A stretch of DNA of 64,000 bases from Camelus dromedarius. Taxonomy: Eukaryota. Made by a program: the position numbers and the translations under genes. Below the pieces are notes generated by a model. It did no database searches. It saw only the letters and a program-made list of their open reading frames with translations, and was not told the DNA's origin. The DNA lies in contig NC_087437.1 of NCBI RefSeq assembly GCF_036321535.1, positions 92,506,001 to 92,570,000 on the forward strand, read 5' to 3'. Numbering within the stretch: the first letter of the stretch is position 1; each line of letters starts with the position of its first letter. This document shows, piece by piece, positions 50,660 to 62,042 of the stretch.

Positions 50660-51790
50660 TTATTTGTTAAATAATTTTTTTATTGGGCAGCCACTAAATC
50701 AGCACTAAAGCTAAAGCATCAATAAAATAAACATAGTTCTTTCCTTCAAGAAACATTCAATCTTGCCAGGGAGGGAAACACTTCTATTAGTTAAGTGAGA
50801 TGACTTTTAGGATAGAAGAGCAGAGTATTATGGGGGATTAGAAGAGCAAGAAAGACTTCTGAAAAAAGAAATACTGTTGACATTCATACCTAAATGATGA
50901 TTAGAAATCATTAAATGAAGTATTTGGGGTGGAGATGTGTCGGGGAGAGGGTGGTGCTAACATTGCAGCGAGGAGAATAGAGGAGGCTCGAGGTGAAGGA
51001 ACATGAGAAATTGTGACATCGTGAGGAACTGGAGGCACCCACTGTTGCTTCATAACAGAGCTGAATGGGAAGCATCAGTGATCTCGAAGCTGGAAAGGTA
51101 CACAGGGCCCACAGAAGGCCTTGTCATCCACTTGAAATTTACAAGACTGGTTTTAGCACAATGAGAATCTGGATTAGATTTCCAGTTTCCTAGGGCTGCT
51201 GTGACAAAGGACCACAGACCAACTGGCTTAAAACACATGAATGTTATTGTCCGTCTGTTCTGACAGTCTGAGATTGAGACGGAGACATCAGCAGGGCCAT
51301 GCTCTCTCTGAAGGTGCCTGAGAAGGCGCTGTTTTCCATGCCTCCATCCTAGCTTCCGGGAGCCACAGGTGTTCCTTGGTTTGCAGATGCACTACCCCAA
51401 ATCTCCGCCTTCACATGGCATTCTCCCTGTGTCCTCAGTCTTCCTTCTGTGTGTGTCTGTCTCTGGGTCCAAATTTCTCCCTTTTTGTCAGAATATCAGT
51501 CATATTGGATTTGGGTCTGCCCTAAAGACCTCGTTTTCACTTGATTACCTCTGTAAAGACTCTCTTTGCAAATAAAGACATATTCTGTGGTACTCGGGTT
51601 TAGCAGTTCAATATATCTTCTTTTGGGTGGATGAAGGAATACACAATTTGATAAAGAATAACAGAAACAATCAGAGATCTTTAAGTAAGAAAGAAAGAAG
51701 TGATCAGATTATCAAAGGATGACTGTGACTCTGGGGTGTTGTTATTACAAGAGCACAAGTGAATGAAAAGGGATCAGTGGAGGTCCCTTA
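50660..51790 (-). mobile_element. L2 remnant split by the LTR at 51180-51663
   Basis: TTATTGGGCAGCCACT...ACATAGTTCTTTCCTTCAAGAA; GGGCCCACAGAAGGCCTTGT; resumes with TTTAAGTAAG...GTGATCAGATT. Confidence 0.65.
51180..51663 (-). mobile_element. MLT1B/C-type MaLR solo LTR
   Basis: AGTTTCCTAGGGCTGCTGTGACAAAGGACCACA...CAGCAGGGCCATGCTCTCTCTGAAGG...CTTGATTACCTCTGTAAAGAC...ATAACA. Confidence 0.9.
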
Positions 51791-54700
51791 GTTCCTATAC
51801 AATAGCATGGAGCTCCCCAGTAACACCTAAATTTTTCTTCTTACTCAAGGCCCTAGCCCCAAAGAAAATGCAACTCCTCTCCGCATCACAAAGCAAAAGC
51901 TTCACAAATACCAGGGATTGCTAAGGTACCAGCCTGTGTTGAGGGGAGGGAGAGAAAATAGAGTGTTATCCATGCTACTAGGATCATCAGAGTCCTTAGA
52001 TTCATTTTCAAACAGTATCATACGTCTGTTCCCTTGCAGTTTATCAACAAAAGTTCTTTGGTTCAGTATTCTAAAAATATTCCAAACTCACAGCTATTTT
52101 AACCAATATTAACATATTAAACCAAGTCTAAAATATGATTATAGCTCAGGAAAACTAATTTCTCCCCTATGATTTTCTTACTTAAAGGACTGTATAATTT
52201 CAAGATTCTCTTCTTGAAGGTGGAATGCATTTTGGATTCATGTCAGGTCACTTGTCATTGAATTCAACACAATAAAATGGTCATTTTCTGTTTGTATTAG
52301 TGTGTATACGAGGATAGGGAGGATATTACAATATTTGAGAAGCAGACACAAATGCACAACCATGTTAGGGAAGTGTCCAATTTATAGGGAGATAATGAAA
52401 TGTATGTTTTATGAAGGGCAAGTGAATTTTCTCAAGGCTTATTCTTAAGGGAATCGAATCGTGTCTGCTTGAAAGAGTACACTCAAAGCAAAATCTATAC
52501 TGTTCTACCGCAGACACTATAAAAATGCAAATTAAGGTTGAAACATGCCTTATTCATGAATTTCTTAAAGTATTGAATTTGAATCTCTTAAAAATACAAA
52601 GCTAAAGATGGTTTTCATTTAAAAAGCCAAAAAATAAAATATGTATTTAAAGGCATAAATTATACATAAGCATGATTTATAATTTATTGCCCATAAAACT
52701 TTTATCAAAGAAACAAGGAGAGTGGTATGTATGCAAACACAGGGATGCAAAGTAAACATATTTCTGTAAGCTGTGCACCAGGAAAGAAAGGAGACTTGAC
52801 TTATATTGGTTTTCTCTTTCAAATGTGGCTACAATCCAAATATTTTTTTTAAATAGTAAAGCTTAAGGTATTGCTAACACCAAGGATGTACTTTTTTGTG
52901 CTTTGGTATTGAATCAAAATATTTTGCTTGAGTAGGGGTAACTTCCGTTCTGTTTCACATAGTCTAGTTAGTGCAGTGACATGTGTATTTATTAAGTCTT
53001 TAAAGACCATTTATTTTCTGTTGTTTGTGCCATTATTGGGTCCTGGTTCCTTCCTGACTTATTTCTACAAGTGTCTTGTGCTTGAAAGTCCCACATGTTT
53101 AATAGTCAAGGAGGATGTCAGAAACATAAAGCAGGTTTAGATTTTCTAACCCACTACTTCTGGCCATTTAACAAGAGCCTTTGTGAGAACTATGTAAACC
53201 TCTATCTTTCTACTTTCAGTCTCCTCGTCAGGTTCATGATAATGAAAAAGTATAGACTGTATCTGGATCTGTTAAAGAAAATTATAACCATAGTTCGAAA
53301 CTTAATGGATTATACATGGTTCAGAGTCACTCAGGATTACTTATTAGCTTCAAGAAACTGGTTACACTTATTACACGACCATGCATCCATTTTGATAATA
53401 TCAAGTAAATAGAGAGAACAGAAATAAAACCATTAACTATTTTTAAATGTATATTTCCTATCACAACATGAGTAAATCTTCAAGATTTCCAACACATTAT
53501 AAAGAGAATACAGCGTGCGTTTAAAAAAAAAAAAAAGCTTTCTTGAAGCATGCATATCAAACTCTCTTGTCTTCAAAGGGTATATTGCCCGTGAAAAGTG
53601 TATAGTCCATTCCAAATAAAAAATGCATCAACTGCTGCTAACTTTGCACGTGAAAATAGATGGCACTTAGAAACTGTCAGAAAGAATTACATAAATTACA
53701 GAGCAACAGCAGCCAAAATTTATCTCCCATGTAGTGAATGTTGAAAAGAAAAAAAAGAAACCAACTGACAGGGCCTTTTCTAATTATAGTGCTTAATCCT
53801 TATTCTATTTCTTTTTAAGGGTTGATCTGATTGTTCATACTTTTTTCTAGCTTTACTATAGTCAAATATCCAGATAATTTTCTAAATTAGGCTAATTTTA
53901 TAATATGACTGCAATGATCTTTGAAAGACTAATTTGGTCTCAGACACCATACACCCACTATTCTTAGTAATTCATTTCACTTAATCATGCTGTCTGAAAT
54001 TTTACAGTAAACTCATTTATGAATGGCCTATTTCACAATGCCATAACCCCTACTTATCAGTTACATATTAACAAGTCACTTGAACATCCCCCTGAAATAA
54101 ATAATATTGAGGGAGTGAGGCATTTGATGAGGGAGGACAAGGCAACTGAACAGCTTGGGAATGTATGGGATGGGAATAAGAATGAAAGCTGAGAAAAAGC
54201 TGAATGTGGCACGTAAACATGTACTGGGATAGAAGAATTAGGAGCATGACACCTGAAGATTGTGACACGACAATTCTGGAAAGTTGGATAGTAGCACAAA
54301 ATAGAGTGAACAGAGAAAGATGACATTGCATCTAGCCTCAACTTTCCACAGGCATGTCTTTGAATTACTTTCAGTATCTATTGATTAATACCAATTGCAT
54401 TTGTACAAAGCCTCCTTCCAATTTTCCCAAATTTTTTTGCAATTTCATTTTTCCCCTTCTACATTGTGATCAAATTTTATATTGTTGGTCAATTCACTGT
54501 GGTTGTTCAATTTTTATTCACATATTATTAATGAGAATGACGACCTGAGTACATGTGAACGAGTAGCAAACGTGCATTGTCTTTTACGTCATCAATACAC
54601 TTTACAGTGAATTATGAGACGATATTTTAAACAGGTCCTCATTGTCTAGTTTTAATGACTAAATAATTGTCTTTTCTCTCAAGAAAATCTTGCGGATGAG

Positions 54701-54915
54701 AAGAAAGTGCTGCTACCTTAGTATCATAGTTTGATAGATCCTGAAAAGAATCTCCTCTCTGCTGGGAAAAAAACAAAAACAAAAACAAAAACCTCTACTT
54801 TTATTTCCACATTAAGTAATCATTTCATCCTACTTAACATCATTATCAGAGTGCAGTCTCTTTTAAAGTATAATTATATGTAGAGGGATGATGATGACAG
54901 TGATAAAGAAATGGT

Positions 54916-55070
54916 CAATAAACAAGTTCCTATAGTATAGCCCAAGGAACTATACTTAATATCTTGTAATAACCTATAATGAAAAAGAATATACATATAT
55001 GACTGAATCACTATGCTGTAAACAAGAAAATAACACAATATTGTAAATCAACTCTACTTCAATTAAAAAA
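54916..55070 (+). mobile_element. Very short 5'-truncated L1 3' end with a TSD
   Basis: GACTGAATCACTATGCTGTA...TTGTAAATCAACTCTACTTCAATTAAAAAA; flanks AAAGAAATGGT (54905-54915) and AAAGAAATGAT (55068-55078). Confidence 0.88.
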
Positions 55071-55079
55071 GAAATGATG

Positions 55080-55239
55080 ATAGTAATAATGGTCTAAATT
55101 TGTGTATCCCTAAATTATTTACAATTACTTTTACCTACCTTATTTTGTTTCATCATTACAACACACTATGAAGAAGGTAGGAGAAATAGTATTATACTTA
55201 GTTAATGAACAAGCAGTGCTCAGAGGGATTAAAATGATT

Positions 55240-55293
<54 letters not shown>

Positions 55294-55345
55294 CAGATCC
55301 AAGCTGAGACCAATTATTTGATATTCTACCCTAAGATCCTCATTA
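55080..55345 (-). mobile_element. MIR remnant containing a (GATA)n expansion
   Basis: TCATTACAACACACTATGAAGAAGGTAGG..TATTATAC..GCTCAGAGGGATTAAAATGA. Confidence 0.6.
55241..55293. repeat. Perfect (TAGA/GATA)n tetranucleotide repeat, about 13 units
   Basis: Direct reading. Confidence 0.97.
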
Positions 55346-55574
55346 CCTTGATGGTGTGTCCTAATATTTTACTTAAGGTTGAGAAAGAAGCAGTGAAAAA
55401 GCCCTGGTGCTCAGTTTTGCTAGTAACTAAAAACAGGAAAAGGATGCTGAGAGGGGAGCTATATCGAGGATGAATTTCACTCTCTTTTCAATCTACTTAG
55501 ACAAGTCATCTGGGCTGTTACAGATGACTAAGAGGAAATGTTAGCTATTGTATTATAGTGCAGAGTTTTACTGA

Positions 55575-57700
55575 AGCATTCAACCTGATGCTTTCCTGAT
55601 TCTTCTCCCCAAAAATCCCATAAAACATGATTACTCCATCACTACATGGCATAATAATAGGAAGCATCCCACCTGAGAAGAAATCCATGCTACTTTGAAA
55701 CATTTTTCTTTATTAGATAGTTTTTTAAATTAAAATCAGAGCAAATGTGCTGTCTTTGTTCTAACTCTACTTTCTGGAGACAATTAAACACCTTTAAACC
55801 CTCACTGACCAGTATAGGCAGTTATCCATCTCCAGGCCTTCTCTTGGCAAGCTTCACTTGACAGAAGTTGCAAACTGCTTATTTGACATTAACCAGCCAA
55901 ACGGCACCATAGACTCTCCAAGTAGCCCAAAAGCCTTACTTCAGTGCCCATCACAGGTCCTTTCCCTCGGTTCTGTGTTTTAATCAGTTAGATTTTGCTA
56001 GGGAAGTTTTCAGTAACACTCTCCAAATTTCAGTGGCCTCACACAACCAAGGCTTATTTATTCCTCATGCAACACTTTGGCTGGGCACCTGTGGCCCACA
56101 TCTGTGGCCATGTTCCATTCGGTCTGCCTCCCGGAACCAGGCTGATGTGCACATCCTATCTTGTTCTTGCGGCAGAAGGAAAAAAATGAAGTGGCTGGAC
56201 CTCCTAATAGCCTTTAAAACTTCTTTCCAGCGTCTCCTATGCCACTTCCTTTGCATTCTATTGGATAAAGCAAGTCCCATGGCCATTTCTGAAGAAAAGA
56301 ACAGTTCTCATGGGGGAGCCTTGCAAATCACACGGCTCTCCCTGAGCGAGAACTACATCTCCTTTCTGGTTGCTGTGTGACTGCCGTGCCTACCTGTGAG
56401 AGATGTACCTTAAATGTCAGAGATGATTTTCCTGATAATTGGGAACAATATGTAATCTACCACAGTTAGAAATTGTCAGAAAAATCATTTCTGACATTTA
56501 AGGTCTGTTATTGATAATTCCTGGCTTCCCTGCAGCAACTCACCTATCGTTGCTTTAATTATGTTGTTCCCTCTGGGCAGCCTAGTCTCAACTGATAACA
56601 TCTGTGAGTAAAAGACATTTCTTGAGCAAAGTTGTCATTTGATGGGCATGGATTTCAAATAGGCAGTGTTTCCTTCTGGCATCATCTTATACCTGGGCCC
56701 CAGTGAGTCATTCAGTGTGTCCTTCTCACCCATCCCTCAAGTCTGGATGCTTGCCACTTCTCCCATACATAACAATTAACATGCACTTCAATACCTATTC
56801 CATTGGAGTGTTTCACATAGTATCTTTCTTTCATCTTCCTAAGTAATCTTTATTACGTCTGCCATTCCCTTAAAATGTGATTCAAAGTAGACACAAAGTA
56901 GAAGGGAGTTGATTTCATATGCTATACACTATATTTCCAGGAGTGCATCCTAAATTCATTACTGGTGATCACAGTATGGTCTAGTCTTGTTCTACACAAT
57001 GTCTCCATCAATGCATCCTAAATTTATTTGTGGTAGTCTCAGGTCATATTAATTTGTGTCACTCTGAGAGTTAGCCAAGTCCTCAAAATAAATTTTACAT
57101 AAAATAGCATTAATTAATTGATTTTAATTTCATTCTGAGGTTTGTTTTGTTGGTTTTTTTTTTTTTCTTGTGAATTTTTTAGACTAAGTGTGGAGTTTTG
57201 CATTATCCATTCAATTTCTTCTTGTTCGATTTAGGCCATTCTTCAAACTTGGCCAGATCTTTAGATTCCAAATCTTGTATGCAATGCATTAACTAGATTA
57301 CCAATCTAGATTTGTGCCACCCACAAATAAGACAATGTCTGTGTGTTCAGAAAAGCTGCTGATAAACTGTTGAATGGGCCGTTTTTAAGGGAACCGAATT
57401 CCAAAACACATTGTTCAAGACCTTATCACAGTAGACAATGATCCATTAATCAGCAATCACCTGTCTTTCAATCCACAGTCCTTTACTAGCATTCAGTGTG
57501 TTTCTACACCTTATCCACGAAGATACCATGACAGGGCTGTGAGAGCTGTCGAGCTGTAGCCATCCTATCTAATGCCAGAATCAGTTCTGTTGCTCTAATA
57601 GACACTAGAGATATTTCCTCTCCCTCCCTGCTCCTCTTGTGTTCTTTCTAAAGCTGTTTATACACTTAGTGGAAGAGGACAATCTTTCAAATGCTTTCAA
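55575..57700 (-). mobile_element. Ancient L3/CR1 LINE remnant, interrupted by an MLT1 LTR and other inserts
   Basis: Collinear matches to the antisense L3 as I recall it: CCCTTAAAATGTG, CTTGTTCTACACAAT..AATGCATCCTAA, AATTTCTTCTTGTTCGATT, TTTGTGCCACCCACAAAT (decayed FADDTK), TGATAAACTGTTGAA, GATCCATTAATCAGCA, TTTCAAATGCTTT (decayed KAFD). The 56.85-57.7 kb part is the best supported. Confidence 0.7.
55975..56464 (-). mobile_element. Old MaLR LTR (MLT1J-like)
   Basis: CAGTAACA..CCAAATTTCAGTGGCCTCACACAACCAAGGCTTATTT...CATTCTATTGGATAAAGCAAGTCCCATGGCCA...AATCTACCACA. Confidence 0.75.
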
Positions 57701-59275
57701 ATTACCATGTTAAGGGCTTTGCTCACATTCATATTTATTATGTGTAACTTCTCCTAAAGTACCAATCAGAAATGAAAATAAGGTTAGTCTATAATGAACT
57801 CATAAACTATTTCTTTAATAATGATTGAATGGCCCTTTGATTTCCACCTTCCCACTGATTACAAATTTGGATGTTACGTTCTATTAACATTTCCCAATCC
57901 TTGTCAAGTTCATGGTATTTTTTGTTTTAATTTCAGAGTTTTATTTATTAACTGAAAAATTTTAATGACCTGATTGGAATCCAAACTACCACTTCATAGT
58001 TCCTTCAACAAACTGGTAATTATTTTTTCAATTTACTAGAATTATTTGTGATGAAATGTAATTTGTTGCATCTCAGGTTTTCCCAAAGTATTAGCTACTT
58101 CTGTCCTAGTTTTATAAATGTTATATTATCCTGTCAAAGTATATGCTATATTCCAGAATCCAAGAAAATAGACCCATAAAAGATAGGAATTTGTATCTAG
58201 ACCCAGGTTAAGCAAGATCAGTCACTCAGAACTGGATAACTGGGTGTAAGACAGGTGGCAGAGAAGTTAAGTGGTGATCATGGTTAAAGACTGGACACCC
58301 AGCTAAGAGGAAAACAACCTGACAAACTACCAAAAGGCCTAAAACAAAAGAGTACCAGGACAAGTGCAAACAAGTTTTAAGCCCTCAAAGCCAGGCTTAC
58401 ATGACTATCCACTCAGAAACATACAGAGATTTTTTTGTCACTTTACTTTCTGTTGAAGAAAGGTATTCTCATTAATTTAGGAAATGTTAGTATCTTTATA
58501 AGAAAATGACACCTACTTCCCTGGACTAAATGCAAAGATATGATTACTTTGGGTTTCTGAGGACATAAGCTACTTAGGGTTGAAATAATTATATGTATTT
58601 TCCCCTCTGTCTCTTAAAAATTCCCTTTCTAAATACTCCTGTAATGACAGTGACCTGCCTAGAACTCAAACTCTTATAGATCAAGTATTACATCTTTGCA
58701 TGATAAATAAGTTACTACTTTTTTCCTTTTCTATGTCCTATAAACAGTTCTTTTATAAATATGAGGCTTCGTTTAGTATTTAACTTTTAATTGTTTTCCA
58801 TTATACATATATACTCAAGGGAGGCATTACACTCTTTGGATATACTACTGAATTTCTGTTAAGTTGATACGTTCATTGTGTAACTTAACTACTTTATTAT
58901 GAAGATGGGAAATGGATGCCCCAGGAAATTTCAATGTACTCAGTGTCTTATATTTATTATCTACGAAATGCCTATTATACTTCAATCCAGGCCTTTTTTT
59001 AATAAGAACAAAAGCTTTTAAAACTATTAGACTTTAAAATAGTGTTTACTTTTACACTCCCCTGATAGAAATACGCAATACTTCTTGAGAGCCATTTGGC
59101 AATATGTAGCAAAAAAAAATTGTTAAAATTATTGTCAAATTATATGGCAAGTATCTGACAAAACTTCACTGAAAAAAATAAGGAAAAAGGCGGTGACCTA
59201 AGTAAATAGTAAAGTCTCTACTTTCAAATGTCTTATAGAAAATGCAAAGGAGTTCTAACAAAATAACCAAGACTT

Positions 59276-60740
59276 TCAATGGCATTTTTCACAGAAATAG
59301 AAAAAACAATTCTTGTATGGAAGTATAAAGACCCCAAAAATCATCTTGAGAAAGAAGGTCAAAGCTGGAGGCATAGATTTAAAACTATATTACAAAACTA
59401 CAGTAATCAAAACAGCACAGTATTGGCATTAAAAATAGACACATAGATCAATGAACAGAATAGAGAGCCCAGAAAGAAATCTACACAATTACAGTCAATT
59501 AATTTATGACAAAGGAGCCAAGAAAACACAGTGGGAAAAGGCTAGTCTCTTCAATAAATGTTGTTAGAAAGCTGGAAAGCCACATATAAAAGAATAAAAT
59601 TGGATCACACTATTTTACACCATACACAAAGATTATCTCAAAATGGATCAAAAATTTGAATGTAAGACCTGTAACCATAAAACTCCTGGAAGGAAATATA
59701 GTCAGTAAGCCCCTTGACATATGTCTTGGCAATAATTTTTTTGGATCTGATTCCCAAAGCAAAATCAACAAAAGCAAAAAATAAACATGTGGACTACACT
59801 AAACTAAAAAGCATCTGCACAGCAAAGAAAACTATCAACAAAATGAAAGAGCAGCCTACTGAATAGGACAAGATATTTGCAAATGATATATCTGATAAGG
59901 GGCTGATATCCAAAATATATAAATGATCATACAACTCAATAGCAAATACAAACAAACAAACAACATGATTGAAAAAATGGGAAGATCTGAATAGACATTT
60001 TTCCAAAGAAGACATACAGATGGCCAACAGGTACACGAAAAAGATGCTCTATGTTATTAATCAGGGAAATGCAAACCCAAACCACAATAAGATCACCTCA
60101 CACCTGTTAGAATGGCTATTAGTAAAAAGACAAAAGATAACAAATGCTGGTGAGGATATGAAGAAAAGAAAACACTTGTGTGCTGTTGGTGGGAATATAA
60201 ATTGGAGCAGCCACTATGGAAAACATTATGGAGATCCCTCAAAATTAAAAACAGAACTAACACATGATCCAGCAATTCTACTTCTGAGTACTTATCTGAA
60301 GAAAATGAAAACATTAACTTGAAAAGATATATGCATCAATGTTCATTGTAACAGTATTTATAATAGCCAGATATGGAAACAATTTAAGTGTCTATAAATG
60401 GATAAATGAATAAAGATGTGGTATATATACACAATAGAATATTATTTGGCCATAAAAAATGAAATCTTGCCATTTGCAATAACATGGATGGACCTCAAGC
60501 CTATTTATTTTGCTAAGTGAAATAAGTCAGACCGAGAAAGACAAATCCTGTATGATCTTTCTTATATGAGGAATTCATAAATAAATAAATAGATAAAAAA
60601 TACATAAATAATCCACAAGCAAACAAACCAAGCTGACTGATACAGAGAACAGTTTGACAATTGTCAGAGATGTGGAATGGAGGGTGGAAGAAATGGGTGA
60701 ATTGTTTTTGTTCTTAGTTTAAATAAATTTCAAAAAACAG
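59276..60740 (+). mobile_element. 5'-truncated LINE-1 (ORF2 C-terminal region plus 3'UTR; L1MA-like)
   Basis: ORF 59969 [21 protein letters not shown]; ends GGGTGAATTGTTTTTG..TTTAAATAAATTTCAAAAAA. Confidence 0.93.
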
Positions 60741-61009
60741 ACAAAATGAAACAGCAAAATTTCTAACACAACTAGTGTAAGAAGAATTCTGAAAGAGAAT
60801 TAAGAGCAACCTCACAATATTGGAAGAAACTTTTTAGGAAGCTAGAATTCACTGTCTAGGGAGACTAGTGATCAACTTAGTTTATTGGATGCATATGTGA
60901 GATTGTTACCCCATTTCTTCTATGACCCAGGCTTTTAATTATACCAACAGTAAACCTATATAGCAGACACAAAGTGTGCTATTAAGATGCAAAGAGTGAA
61001 TGCAAACAA

Positions 61010-61255
61010 AACACTATCATTGACTGAGCTCTTACTCTAGGTCATGTACAGTACTAAGCACATTAAAGATACTATCACCTTAATTCTCATAGAAAACAAA
61101 ATAAAACAAAGACCCCAATGAGCACATATTGATCATATCCTCATTTTATTCAAGAGGAAACCAAGTTTACCAAGTTCAAACAGGAGTAAATTGGAAAACT
61201 GAGATTTTAATCCAGGGCTACCTCACTCAAAAGCTCAAATTCTTAATCACTATAG
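61010..61255 (-). mobile_element. MIR SINE remnant
   Basis: CATTGACTGAGCTCTTACT...GTACTAAGCAC...CCTCATTTTATTCAAGAGGAAACCAAG...CTCAAAAGCTCAAATTCTTAATCACTA. Confidence 0.75.
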
Positions 61256-62024
61256 TCTGAATACTTTCCTATTAATCATGATTAATCTCTTATTAATCAT
61301 AAATGAGTCATTACATATTTTAGCTCTATATTTTAATCTTCAAAGTCACTCCTGAAAACAAAATACCTTAAAAGAGAAAAAACTGACTACTTTCCTAGAC
61401 TCCAAGAATAATTTTCCTCATTAAAACTCATTCTTTATAAACACATGTGATTAGACTGTAATGTAAAATTTGACTGAAATATGTTGTTTTATGTTAAATA
61501 ATGTGATTGATGACTCTATTATTCATAAAATACCAAAAAGATTCAATCATAATTATAACCAAATCCATTTACTCTGCCACTAAAAACAATAATACAGTCA
61601 AGTTAAAGTCACCAGATTTTTTTTGTTTATTTTTAAATTTCTTTCTCTAATTTAAGGCTGAGTGTTTGTCACTTTGCTGGCTGATGTCCAGAAATGATTG
61701 ACAGGTATGGTACCAAAGTGCAAATGATATGCAAATTGGGATGCTGAATTAATAGCCCTGAAACTATGGTGACTTCACTCAACTCAGTCCCTTAGTCTTA
61801 GACATTTATAAGAAATAAGCTGTACACATTCCCCAAATAGAAATACATGTTTTCTTTTAGCATGATTGCTCATATCAATGTTCAGGTAAAGAACACTGCC
61901 TGCCTTCCTTTTCATTTCTCTCTGTTATCTCCTTTTACCTCATTCACAAAGCTTTTCTAGACCTCTTCTATTCCACTTAATTGGCACTTAACATTGATTA
62001 TCTCATTCCCTTTCTTAAGTGTTA

Positions 62025-62042
62025 ATGATGATGATGATGATG
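62025..62042. repeat. (GAT)n short microsatellite
   Basis: Direct reading. Confidence 0.85.

Noticed and set aside
245..60322. ORF-track proteins as host genes
   Set aside because: Those with recognisable motifs are L1 ORF2 or 3'-end pieces (547, 725, 23529, 46200, 49018, 59969) or their antisense shadows; the rest are short, compositionally random and form no exon chain
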